Origin: Macrostomum lignano
Taxonomy: Eukaryota
Direction of reading: 5' to 3'
Assembly (NCBI GenBank): GCA_002269645.1
Contig: NIVC01001743.1
Span: 1 to 64,000 of the forward strand
Length of the DNA stretch: 64,000 bases
Shown: in pieces, positions 37,090-49,300 of the stretch
Position numbering within the stretch: position 1 is the stretch's first letter
How the letters are laid out: every line of letters starts with the position of its first letter
Position numbers and translations under genes: made by a program
Notes under the pieces: generated by a model
Databases searched by the model: none
The model's input: the letters and a program-made list of their open reading frames with translations, nothing else
What the model was told of the DNA's origin: nothing

Positions 37090-40000
37090 ATTCTTGCTAT
37101 GTGCAGGATGCTTGCTATCTGGAAGGATGCTTGCTATCTGGAAGGATGCTTCTAAATTATTTGGGGGATGCTTGCTATCTGGAAGGATACTTCTACATTA
37201 TTTGGGGGATGCTTGCTATCTGGAAGGATACTTCTACATTATTTGGGGGATGCTTGCTATCTGGAAGGATGCTTCTACATTATTTGGGCGATGCTTGCTA
37301 TCTGGAAGGATGCTTCTACATTATTTGGGGGATGCTTGCTATCTGGAAGGATACTTCTACATTATTTGGGGATGCTTGCTATCTGGAAGGATGCTTCTAC
37401 ATTATTTGGGGGATGCTTGCTATCTGGAAGGATGCTTCTACATTATTTGGGGGATGCTTGCTATCTGGAAGGATGCTTCTACATTATTTGGGGGATGCTT
37501 GCTATCTGGAAGGATGCTTCTACATTATTTGGGGGATGCTTGCTATCTGGAAGGATGCTTCTACATTATTTGGGGGATGCTTGCTATCTGGAAGGATACT
37601 TCTACATTATTTGGGGGATGCTTGCTATCTGGAAGGATACTTCTACATTATTTGGGGGATGCTTGCTATCTGGAAGGATACTTCTACATTATTTGGGGGA
37701 TGCTTGCTATCTGGAAGGATGCTTCTACATTATTTGGGGGATGCTTGCTATCTGGAAGGATGCTTCTACATTATTTGGGGGATGCTTGCTATCTGGAAGG
37801 ATGCTTCTACATTATTTGGGGGATGCTTGCTATCTGGAAGGATGCTTCTACATTATTTGGGGGATGCTTGCTATCTGGAAGGATGCTTCTACATTATTTG
37901 GGGGATGCTTGCTATCTGGAAGGATGCTTCTACATTATTTGGGGGATGCTTGCTATCTGGAAGGATACTTCTACATTATTTGGGGGATGCTTGCTATCTG
38001 GAAGGATACTTCTACATTATTTGGGGGATGCTTGCTATCTGGAAGGATGCTTCTACATTATTTGGGGGATGCTTGCTATCTGGAAGGATACTTCTACATT
38101 ATTTGGGGGATGCTTGCTATCTGGAAGGATGCTTCTACATTATTTGGGGGATGCTTGCTATCTGGAAGGATGCTTCTACATTATTTGGGGGATGCTTGCT
38201 ATCTGGAAGGATACTTCTACATTATTTGGGGGATGCTTGCTATCTGGAAGGATGCTTCTACATTATTTGGGGGATGCTTGCTATCTGGAAGGATGCTTCT
38301 ACATTATTTGGGGATGCTTGCTATCTGGAAGGATGCTTCTACATTATTTGGGGGATGCTTGCTATCTGGAAGGATGCTTCTACATTATTTGGGGGATGCT
38401 TGCTATCTGGAAGGATGCTTCTACATTATTTGGGGGATGCTTGCTATCTGGAAGGATGCTTCTACATTATTTGGGGGATGCTTGCTATCTGGAAGGATGC
38501 TTCTACATTATTTGGGGGATGCTTGCTATCTGGAAGGATGCTTCTACATTATTTGGGGGATGCTTGCTATCTGGAAGGATGCTTCTACATTATTTGGGGG
38601 ATGCTTGCTATCTGGAAGGATGCTTCTACATTATTTGGGGGATGCTTGCTATCTGGAAGAATGCTTCTACATTATTTGGGGGATGCTTGCTATCTGGAAG
38701 GATACTTCTACATTATTTGGGGGATGCTTGCTATCTGGAAGGATGCTTCTACATTATTTGGGGGATGCTTGCTATCTGGAAGGATACTTCTACATTATTT
38801 GGGGGATGCTTGCTATCTGGAAGGATACTTCTACACTATTTGGGGGATGCTTGCTATCTGGAAGGATGCTTCTACATTATTTGGGGGATGCTTGCTATCT
38901 GGAAGGATACTTCTACATTATTTGGGGGATGCTTGCTATCTGGAAGGATGCTTCTACATTATTTGGGGGATGCTTGCTATCTGGAAGGATGCTACTACAT
39001 TATTTGGGGGATGCTTGCTATCTGGAAGGATACTTCTACATTATTTGGGGGATGCTTGCTATCTGGAAGGATGCTTCTACATTATTTGGGGATGCTTGCT
39101 ATCTGGAAGGATACTTCTACATTATTTGGGGGATGCTTGCTATCTGGAAGGATGCTTCTACATTATTTGGGGGATGCTTGCTATCTGGAAGGATGCTTCT
39201 ACATTATTTGGGGGATGCTTGCTATCTGGAAGGATACTTCTACATTATTTGGGGGATGCTTGCTATCTGGAAGGATGCTTCTACATTATTTGGGGGATGC
39301 TTGCTATCTGGAAGGATACTTCTACATTATTTGGGGATGCTTGCTATCTGGAAGGATGCTTCTACATTATTTGGGGGATGCTTGCTATCTGGAAGGATGC
39401 TTCTACATTATTTGGGGGATGCTTGCTATCTGGAAGGATGCTTCTACATTATTTGGGGGATGCTTGCTATCTGGAAGGATGCTTCTACATTATTTGGGGG
39501 ATGCTTGCTATCTGGAAGGATGCTTCTACATTATTTGGGGGATGCTTGCTATCTGGAAGGATGCTTCTACATTATTTGGGGGATGCTTGCTATCTGGAAG
39601 GATGCTTCTACATTATTTGGGGGATGCTTGCTATCTGGAAGGATACTTCTACATTATTTGGGGGATGCTTGCTATCTGGAAGGATGCTTCTACATTATTT
39701 GGGGGATGCTTGCTATCTGGAAGGATGCTTCTACATTATTTGGGGGATGCTTGCTATCTGGAAGGATACTTCTACATTATTTGGGGGATGCTTGCTATCT
39801 GGAAGGATGCTTCTACATTATTTGGGGGATGCTTGCTATCTGGAAGGATGCTTCTACATTATTTGGGGGATGCTTGCTATCTGGAAGGATACTTCTACAT
39901 TATTTGGGGATGCTTGCTATCTGGAAGGATGCTTCTACATTATTTGGGGGATGCTTGCTATCTGGAAGGATACTTCTACATTATTTGGGGGATGCTTGCT

Positions 40001-41290
40001 ATCTGGAAGGATACTTCTACATTATTTGGGGGATGCTTGCTATCTGGAAGGATGCTTCTACATTATTTGGGGGATGCTTGCTATCTGGAAGGATACTTCT
40101 ACATTATTTGGGGGATGCTTGCTATCTGGAAGGATGCTTCTACATTATTTGGGGGATGCTTGCTATCTGGAAGGATACTTCTACATTATTTGGGGGATGC
40201 TTGCTATCTGGAAGGATGCTTCTACATTATTTGGGGGATGCTTGCTATCTGGAAGGATGCTTCTACATTATTTGGGGGATGCTTGCTATCTGGAAGGATG
40301 CTTCTACATTATTTGGGGGATGCTTGCTATCTGGAAGGATGCTTCTACATTATTTGGGGGATGCTTGCTATCTGGAAGGATGCTTCTACATTATTTGGGG
40401 GATGCTTGCTATCTGGAAGGATACTTCTACATTATTTGGGGGATGCTTGCTATCTGGAAGGATGCTTCTACATTATTTGGGGGATGCTTGCTATCTGGAA
40501 GGATGCTTCTACATTATTTGGGGATGCTTGCTATCTGGAAGGATACTTCTACATTATTTGGGGGATGCTTGCTATCTGGAAGGATGCTTCTACATTATTT
40601 GGGGGATGCTTGCTATCTGGGTGGATGCTTTTATCCGGGGGATGCTTCTATTTGGGGGATGCTTGCTATCTGCAAGATGCTTGCTATCTGGAAGGATGCT
40701 TCTACATTATTTGGGGGATGCTTGCTATCTGGAAGGATACTTCTACATTATTTGGGGGATGCTTGCTATCTGGATGCTTCTACATTATTTGGGGGATGCT
40801 TGCTATCTGGAAGGATGCTTCTACATTATTTGGGGGATGCTTGCTATCTGGAAGGATACTTCTACATTATTTGGGGGATGCTTGCTATCTGGAAGGATGC
40901 TTCTACATTATTTGGGGGATGCTTGCTATCTGGAAGGATACTTCTACATTATTTGGGGGATGCTTGCTATCTGGAAGGATGCTTCTACATTATTTGGGGG
41001 ATGCTTGCTATCTGGGTGGATGCTTCTACATTATTTGGGGGATGCTTGCTATCTGGAAGGATACTTCTACATTATTTGGGGGATGCTTGCTATCTGGGTG
41101 GATGCTTTTATCCGGGGGATGCTTGCTATCTGGGTGGATGCTTTTATCCGGGGGATGCTTGCTATCTGGGTGGATGCTTTTATCCGGGGGATGCTTGCTA
41201 TCTGGGTGGATGCTTTTATCCGGGGGATGCTTGCTATCTGGGTGGATGCTTTTATCCGGGGGATGCTTCTATTTGGGGGATGCTTGCTAT
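37090..41290. repeat. Highly homogeneous 41-bp satellite GGGGGATGCTTGCTATCTGGAAGGATGCTTCTACATTATTT (roughly 90 copies), with 35-bp variants at the 3' end
   Basis: Directly visible. The unit has no stop codon on the + strand, which produces three overlapping ~1430-aa ORFs. Confidence 0.97.
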
Positions 41291-42335
41291 CTGGGTGGAT
41301 GCTTGCTGTCTGCGGTTGTTTACTTTTGGAGGAGGGTGCTTGCTACTGGGGGGATGCTTGCTGTCTTGGGAATATTTCCTATTTAGGGGTAATGACTGTG
41401 ATCTTTGTGAAAGCTATATTTTCTTGTCTGTTTGTTAATTTTAGAAAAAAAAGAGATTCATAGCAAATATTATTGTCCATGACAATTTTAAATGAATAAG
41501 GTGATTTTTAAAAGTGATGAAGGACTTAGTTTTTAAGAAAATGTGCTTTTTCATTGATTTCCATAAACTATTTTTGCTTCGTTCTTATTGGGCGCCCCCA
41601 AGGGGGGCCGCACTAGATTGCTAGTCTATGTTCTAAACCTGTGTTCTAATGTTCTAATCTGAGATCGGAGATCCTATTTGGCCCCGGGATCGAAACCCTC
41701 AAAACGTGACAGTGTGTGCAGCTATCAATCATCCTTAAATTATTTCGATACAAAGTGATTTATGTTTCAGCAATGCCAACTCCAAAATCAACATGAAAAT
41801 TATGTCCAGGGAAATATGCTCTGACGAAAAGATTAGGATTAAAACGAAACGAATATACTACTTTTAGTGCTAAAAGGTCGCAGGTTTAAGAAAATCTTTC
41901 CGCTTGGAAAAATCTTTGCAAAGGGGAAAAGGACAAAAAAGAATGAGAGAGAGGGGAAAAATAGGGGAGAAAATGATAAGAAGATAATATAGCTATTAGA
42001 AGAGGAACAGAAAGAAGAAAATGAAGTTGCTACTGGCAGTAGCAAGTACAGTACAGGAACTCATATACTTATGTGTCAGTGTCCCATCAGTGCTGAAAGT
42101 CCATCCTCATCTCAATGTCTTAAATTGACATCTCCTTTCGATCAGGAAGATTCTTAATTAGACTCGCCTATAACAAATGCCGACGAGCTGCGGTCGAATT
42201 GATCCGGCCGGGTAGCAACGGCGCGTTATGTTAGACCGCTTACAGGGGCGTCGCGAACGGGGGGACAGGGGGGACATATGCCCCCCCGCCCCCAGTAAAA
42301 GATCTGGGGGGGACATGCCAGTGAAATTTCGCTTT

Positions 42336-42905
42336 GCTTCGTTTTTCCAATGTGTTGTTTACCAATTTCGCTGCTCTGAGGATCAGAGCGTTTCCTACAT
42401 TGGAAAAACGAAGCGACACCTACACACTAGAGCTAGGGAACATTGACTAAAAAGCTCTGCGATTAATGACCATCTGCTTGTTTGTAAAAAATGCTGTGAC
42501 GGTGAGCCGATTCAGCTCTTTAAAGTGCTGGATGGGTGCAAATTTGACCATAAGCTTAAGATTATCGAAGCTTCGTATATCAGAATGCACAAACCCAACC
42601 TGAATGTGCAGCTTGCTGGCAATGGGGTGGAGCGTGAGCTAAGAGTACTGTGAGCAGAGCCGTGCCTATTTATTATTTTTTCTCTCTCTCACTTTGTTGT
42701 GTACTTGGCACTTTCTAAATTCTACTGGGCTGTTTTTGACCCGCCTCTGGACTGTACAGTGATTTTTGCTTAAATATACTGGTGGTGTGACCTTAGGTTG
42801 ATTGAATTTGCCCTGACGACGTCTTATGTTTGACGAAACGCGTTGGCTAGAATTAAACAAAGTTTACTTTTTATGTTTTTGTTGACGTTTATTTTCCTAC
42901 AAACA
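42336..42905 (+). mobile_element. 5'-truncated Penelope-like element: GIY-YIG endonuclease C-terminus (to 42653, one in-frame stop) plus 3' pseudo-LTR
   Basis: VVYQFRC..SYIGKTKRHLHTRAREH*..SAINDHL..C..C..F.VLD..KLKIIEASYI..KPNLNVQ, followed by a T-rich 3' region with a hammerhead motif and ATTAAA. Confidence 0.85.
42810..42847 (+). ncRNA. Minimal type I hammerhead ribozyme (Penelope-associated)
   Basis: GCC-CTGACGA-C-GTC(TTATGTTT)GAC-GAAA-CGCG-TT-GGC. Both core boxes are present, with stem II, a palindromic ACGCGT stem III and stem I GCC/GGC. Predicted cleavage is after GUU at 42844. Confidence 0.8.
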
Positions 42906-42911
42906 CATAGC

Positions 42912-44578
42912 ACCTACGGCGCTAAAATGAGTGCCTGCGGCGCTAAAATGAGTGCCTGCAGCGCTAAAATGAGTGCCTACGGTGCTAAAATGAGTGCCTG
43001 CGGCGCTAAAATGAGTGCCTGCGGCGCTAAACTGAGTGCGGCGCTAAAATGAGTGCCTACGGCGCTAAAATGAGTGCCTGCAGCGCTAAAATGAGTGCCT
43101 GCAGCGCTAAAATGAGTGCCTACGGTGCTAAAATGAGTGCCTGCGGCGCTAAAATGAGTGCCTGCAGCGCTAAAATGAGTGCCTACGGTGCTAAAATGAG
43201 TGCCTGCGGCGCTAAAATGAGTGCCTGCGGCGCTAAACTGAGTGCGGCGCTAAAATGAGTGCCTACGGCGCTAAAATGAGTGCCTGCAGCGCTAAAATGA
43301 GTGCCTACGGCGCTAAAATGAGTGCCTGCGGCGTTAAAATGAGTGCCTACGGCGCTAAAATGAGTGCCTGCGGCGCTAAAATGAGTGCCTACGGCGCTAA
43401 AATGAGTGCCTGCGGCGCTAAAATGAGTGCGGCGCTAAAATGAGTGCCTGCGGCGCTAAAATAAGTGTCTGCGGCGCTAAAATGAGTGCCTGCGGCGCTA
43501 AAATGAGTGCCTGCGGCGCTAAAATGAGTGCCTGCGGCGCTAAACTGAGTGCGGCGCCAAAATGAGTGCCTGCAGCACCAAAATGAGTGCCTGCGGCTCT
43601 AAAATAAGTGCCTGCAGCGCCAAAATGAGTACCTGCGGCGCTAAAACGAGTGCCTGCGGCGCTAAAATGAGTGCACGCGGCGCTAAACTGAGTGCGGCGC
43701 TAAAATGAGTGCCTGCGGCGCCAAAATGAGTGCCTGCGGCTCTAAAATGACTGCCTGCGGCGCTAAAATGAGTGTCTGCGGCGCTAAAATGAGTGCCTAC
43801 GGCGCTAAAATGAGTGCCTGCGGCGTTAAAATGAGTGCCTACGGCGCTAAAATGAGTGCCTGCGGCGCTAAAATGAGTGCCTACGGCGCTAAAATGAGTG
43901 CCTGCGGCGCTAAAATGAGTGCGGCGCTAAAATGAGTGCCTGCGGCGCCAAAATGAGTGCCTGCGGCTCTAAAATGACTGCCTGCGGCGCTAAAATGAGT
44001 GTCTGCGGCGCTAAAATGAGTGCCTACGGCGCTAAAATGAGTGCCTGCGGCGTTAAAATGAGTGCCTACGGCGCTAAAATGAGTGCCTGCGGCGCTAAAA
44101 TGAGTGCCTACGGCGCTAAAATGAGTGCCTGCGGCGCTAAAATGAGTGCGGCGCTAAAATGAGTGCCTGCGGCGCTAAAATAAGTGTCTGCGGCGCTAAA
44201 ATGAGTGCCTGCGGCGCTAAAATGAGTGCCTCCGGCGCTAAAATGAGTGCCTGCGGCGCTAAACTGAGTGCGGCGCTAAAATGAGTGCCTGCGGCGCCAA
44301 AATGAGTGCCTGCAGCACCAAAATGAGTGCCTGCGGCTCTAAAATGAGTGCCTGCAGCGCCAAAATGAGTACCTGCGGCGCTAAAACGAGTGCCTGCGGC
44401 GCTAAAATGAGTGCACGCGGCGCTAAACTGAGTGCGGCGCTAAAATGAGTGCCTGCGGCGCCAAAATGAGTGCCTGCGGCTCTAAAATGAGTGCCTGCGG
44501 CGCTAAAATGAGTGTCTGCGGCGCTAAAATAAGTGCCTGCGGCGCTAAAATGAGTGCCTGCGGCGCTAAAATGAGTAG
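42912..44578. repeat. 21-bp satellite GCTAAAATGAGTGCCTGCGGC inside the hAT element
   Basis: Directly visible. ORFs 43705-43935 and 43932-44162 translate identically, indicating a 227-bp higher-order duplication. Confidence 0.97.
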
Positions 44579-45943
44579 GATGTAGGATTCTAAAATGTAG
44601 AATTCTTGGCTTTGTCCCCCCCTCCACCATAAAATCCATGGCGACGCCCCTGACCGCTTATACTGGCAAACCTCGACCAGGCCATCGAGCGAGCAGAGGC
44701 CGACGCCCGTTGCTAAGTGGGCCACCGACGTTGGCTGTGATGAGTGCATGGTGCTATACTACATGTACGCTGAAACTACGTATCTGCCGCGATAGAACCC
44801 GCTTGTCAGCTGCATGCAGTGGTTGGTACGGTAGTGTTCGTTTAACAACAACTAGCATTATACTTTTTGAATGCACCACTTTTACCCAGTAAAATCATTG
44901 ATAGTATCATGGCATGTAGACCATGATGGCGGATGCGCTCTCTTGCATCCAGGCTCAGCGGCTGCATGGATGAATGCCGAAAAGCAGCCAGCTTCTGGCG
45001 TTGCCCAGTCGGCCTGCTCAAACGATCAGGTAAGTTCCTCCAGCTCTTCCCGCGCTTAAGAAATCGCGGTCTACACCTGCCTGCATGCTCCCGCACATGA
45101 TATTGATGTAAGTGGCAGCTGACTTTTGATCCGTACACAGCTGCAGTGCATGATTGAGTCTTTTGGATCCTGCAGCGCACACGGCCGCATAAGGATCACC
45201 ATCTCTCTTCAAGTTTACCGCCGATAAAAGCGGTGGTGCATGTCGAAGTTCCCACGTTGACCGTTGTCCTATGCAACTGTGGGCCTTCAAGAGCGGCGAC
45301 TACATGTAAGTGATATATAAATCAATTTCCAACGCGGCAAATTTTCGATTGAACTTGGAACTAGAATACTTCAGCTTCCAAACCAGAATCGGTTTAAGGA
45401 AATAAAATATTTAACGTCTATTTGACATAATTGTCACAATGCTTGGTTGACAATTTTCCAAGTCAAATCAATGCTACATAATTTACATGCAAGTTCAATG
45501 ACTATAAAGTGTAATGTATACAATAATACTTTTTCAATCATTTGATACATTGCATTTTAAATGGCTTCTATTTATACTGCAACTGGGCAAAGAATTTTAC
45601 GAAACCAAGTACCAGAAGCTGACCACTGTTCCGGAATCGAATCTAAAACCGACGAGTATAATTGCATAAAAAGTTACCAAACTGATCTTGATTTTGAAGT
45701 TGGCACATTTCGGCCTGATTTTTTAACGCGGAGTTGCTAAACTAAATTAAAAAAACAGATATTTTTCTCTGTTTCAGCATGTTTTTCACCTTACTTACGC
45801 CATTACTGCTTTTTGAATGAATAATATAATTTGTGTTTTTTGTTATGATGTGCTTGGTTCATATTATGCATTGACAGACAATTTAAAAACAACAATTTCG
45901 CGCCTCGATCGAAGTTTTATCACTTTGGAACTGATTTTTTAAT

Positions 45944-46337
45944 CGAAGAGCTTGCGTGCACGGCAGCCGTTCACGTAAGCTCAGAATTGCGTGCACGGCG
46001 GCTATCTACCTAGTGCTTTATTTGCATGTATGCAGCCGTCCACCTAGTGTTGTAATTGCGTGCACGGCAGCCGGCAATTGGCCGGGACTGGGGCCCTTAA
46101 ACCCACGCATTGGCATTGGCAAACCTAATTAAAAAATATTTTTACTATATTGTTTTATAATGTTTTATCCCCCGTACACCATGGACTGCAAATTTAATCT
46201 TAATTCATTGTTTTTTTGTTAACTTGAATATTAATTCGAATAGTATATGACTTACTGTATAAGCCTATAAGATATAGCTCTGCCGTGCACGCAATTCTGA
46301 GCTTACGTGAACGGCGGCCGTGCACGCAAGCTCTTCG
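45944..46337. mobile_element. MITE with ~56-bp TIRs and a 9-bp TSD (Mutator-like)
   Basis: CGAAGAGCTTGCGTGCACGGC(A/C)GCCGTTCACGTAAGCTCAGAATTGCGTGCACGGC is inverted at both ends; TTTTTTAAT flanks both sides (45935-45943, 46338-46346). Confidence 0.85.
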
Positions 46338-49300
46338 TTTTTTAATTAAGTCTGAGACTCTGAGTTACTTTAAGGCTCGAGCTTATACCGAATTTTTTTA
46401 TAGAAATGTCTTAATTTATAGAGTTCTCTCTTAGAATAGAGTAAAGTCCACTTCGTGAATTTCATGTTCTTGTCTTACTAGCACAAAATATATTTACTAC
46501 TACAGTACTACTGAGTACTAGGTCTATTAATTACTACTAACTTCACTACTGTGTCTGAACAATCATCTTTCATGATTTAGGAGTCTTAGGACCATGGCAT
46601 TGCCCATCGGACATGGTCAATCCATGATATAATAATCCTAGTTTTGAGTCAATCTAGGCCTAATTTAAATATTAAATGGGTTAGGGCCTAAGCAATTCTG
46701 CCCTACAACAAGTACAATATTAATTAGATTTTTACTATTGATTGTCATAGAGGCTTGAGTGAGGGCAGTTAAGTTTGTATATAAATTAGGAGTGAGTGTA
46801 GGCCTGATTTCAAATTGATAGGCCTAGTGCAAGACTGCAAGTGCTCTAGTCTAGGTCCTAAATGTTAATACAATTATATTCGATATTGATAGTTTTTAGG
46901 CCCTATTTGAATTTTAAAAAAAGATTTCATAAGTATCTAATTGTTTTAGTGATATTAGGCTTTATAATATTAGTTTATAGTTGTTTTGTAAAGATTTATA
47001 TTTTATAGGCCTACATATATTTGAAATTTTTTGTTGAAAGATTTTTAGTCCTAACCAAAAAAGTAACCAAGGATCAAGGTTCCGTGTTTCAATTAATGAC
47101 TGTAACTTATTTCACTTGTATTTGAATAAAATGGAGATTACTACACATTTTAAAATTCATAAAAAGTAAAACAATGTTTAAAATCTAGAAATTAAGCTAT
47201 AGTGCAAAAATTTTATGTTATTATTATTTTGATACTTATATGTTTTTTAGATTTTAATTAGAACATACAAATGAAAACATGAATAAACTTTTTTGAAATA
47301 AAAAATGTTTATATAAATTGCTTCTCCCCCCTTAGTCCAGGCATTATGCTTGGCATGCTAGGGCTATATATAAGCCTAGTATAAATCTAGCATAAATGAT
47401 AAAATTTTATCAGTTTTCTTTCGGTGTAACTCTAAGCATGAAATCGACTATGGTTGTAAAACTATCTTCATGAAATGCTAACTATAAAAAAGCAAAGATA
47501 TTTACTGGACACTGGCTAGATTAATTTAGATTGAAAAACATATAAAAAAGTTGTCTCTATAATTATAAATAAACAAAATTAAATTAAAGTAATATTAATC
47601 ATTTCAGAAAATTATAAAGTTTTTACTCAATATCCTAAAGTATAAAGTTTTGCAAGGTAATTTTTGTTTAAAAACAGAATGGTTATCACTAAAAGAGTAT
47701 TTTTCTTATCACTAAAATTACTTTTGTGTGGCATTAAAAGGACTATTACTCAAATGTCTTATCACTGAAATAACTATAATTTTACTATGTGCAGTCATTT
47801 TATTTGTTAGGCCCTATTTTTTTGTTTGCTAGTAGACAAAATGCTTTCTTTTATTAGACCTATACTAAACTATAGTATATATAATTAACTTTTTGGTTGT
47901 TATATTATGCTCAAAGCTATTTGCAGTGATATAGTTTATTAATAACCATTAAAAAAACATGTTTTTTATTATAACTAGTTAACTTTATAAGTTGGACAAA
48001 TTAGACTTGACATTCTAGCATTCTAATACAATTATCACAAAGTGTCAAATTGTAACTATTAATGGCTAGGCCCATATAATATTTTAGCAAAGTATTATAA
48101 TAGTTTAGAAAATTAAAAAAATTGTATATTGCATGTAAAAGATTAAGATTTCTTAACTATGATATTTTTATTACCTTTTCCTAGGAATTGAGGACTTGCA
48201 AGCTACAGCAAATAAAATAAATAAGGCAGATTCAAACTAATACATTGCACTAAATTTTCTAGCTTAAACTATATGCTTACAAATTTAATGGTAGACAAAC
48301 TGTCAACCTAAGGTGGTGGCCACAATATTGGTGCATATCTATCTAATAGAGTTTAAATAACATATAGAAAATAGCTTTATCTTTGAAATAAAGAAATAAT
48401 GTTAAAAGTAACAAAGAAATAATACATTTAATCTGGGTTTTTTTTTCGTCTATAACTTGGGTGCGATTTGGCACCCTGTGCTAGATTTCAGGGTGCAATT
48501 TTCAAGACCAGGATGCACTGCACTGCTGCAGACAAAAACTGGTCTAATACTAATAGTGTTTCAAAGTTTTTGTCCATCCAAACCATCCAATGATGATCCA
48601 AATTTGGGTGCGCTTTTTGCACCCTGAGTCAAATTTCAAGGTGCAATTTTTAAGACCAGGATGCTATTCACACCCATTCGCACAAAAAACCCAGCATTTA
48701 ATAAATGAGTAATAAGCTTTATTAAACTGCATTTTTTACAAACTAGGAAAAAAGTATTGTGATTTTAACAAAGTAATCTTAATTACCATTAGGTTCTTTT
48801 ATTATATTGAGAAAACTCCCTTATAGCAAATTCAGAAATTTTTAAAATATATAGCACTATGTCATTAAAATAAAGAAAATACTGAAAAATAAATTTGCCC
48901 AAATATTTTTTGCCAAAAGATTGTATAGCCTTATAAATAAACAAAGAATGCAAATAAAGTTAAACTAAAAGTAAAACAGTGATAAAATAAAACAGTTCTA
49001 TGACAACAATTTTTTAATAAAAATATATATGAAAATTTATCTTTTTGAATTATGTAGACTAAAAAATTTAATTTCTTTATTTTTGTTATATGTTACATTT
49101 TTGTTATAGAGCTTTTCTGGCCTTGTGGCTATTTCATTGTGTGGCCATTCTATATATGGCCATTTTAATAGTATTAGCCTATCTTAAAGGATGATTGCAT
49201 TTATTTAATTGGATGATTTACTATTTGCTGTATAATTTATTTAATAGATAAATGATAGGTAATTATTATTTTTAGATTTGTTCAAACTTCTAACTATTAA

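Larger units (their letters stand above)
34695..41624 (+). mobile_element. Non-autonomous Helitron, array unit 5 (subfamily B, satellite-expanded)
   Basis: 5' TCCAATATACTAAAA plus the shared core; same linkers and 3' end as unit 3; ends in the hairpin followed by GATTGCTAG|T. Confidence 0.88.
42243..44652. mobile_element. Non-autonomous hAT-like DNA transposon
   Basis: 12-bp TIRs CAGGGGCGTCGC / GCGACGCCCCTG; 8-bp TSD ACCGCTTA at 42235-42242 and 44653-44660; subterminal GGGGGGACA motifs. Confidence 0.9.

Noticed and set aside
37047-41463. Three overlapping ~1430-1460 aa ORFs
   Set aside because: They are read-through of a 41-bp satellite with no stop codons. All three frames give the same cyclic peptide because 41 is not a multiple of 3, and the array lies inside a non-autonomous Helitron.
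42843-44749. AKMSACG-repeat proteins, one with an apparent signal peptide
   Set aside because: They are translations of a 21-bp satellite inside a hAT element. The hydrophobic start comes from the T-rich Penelope 3' tail.
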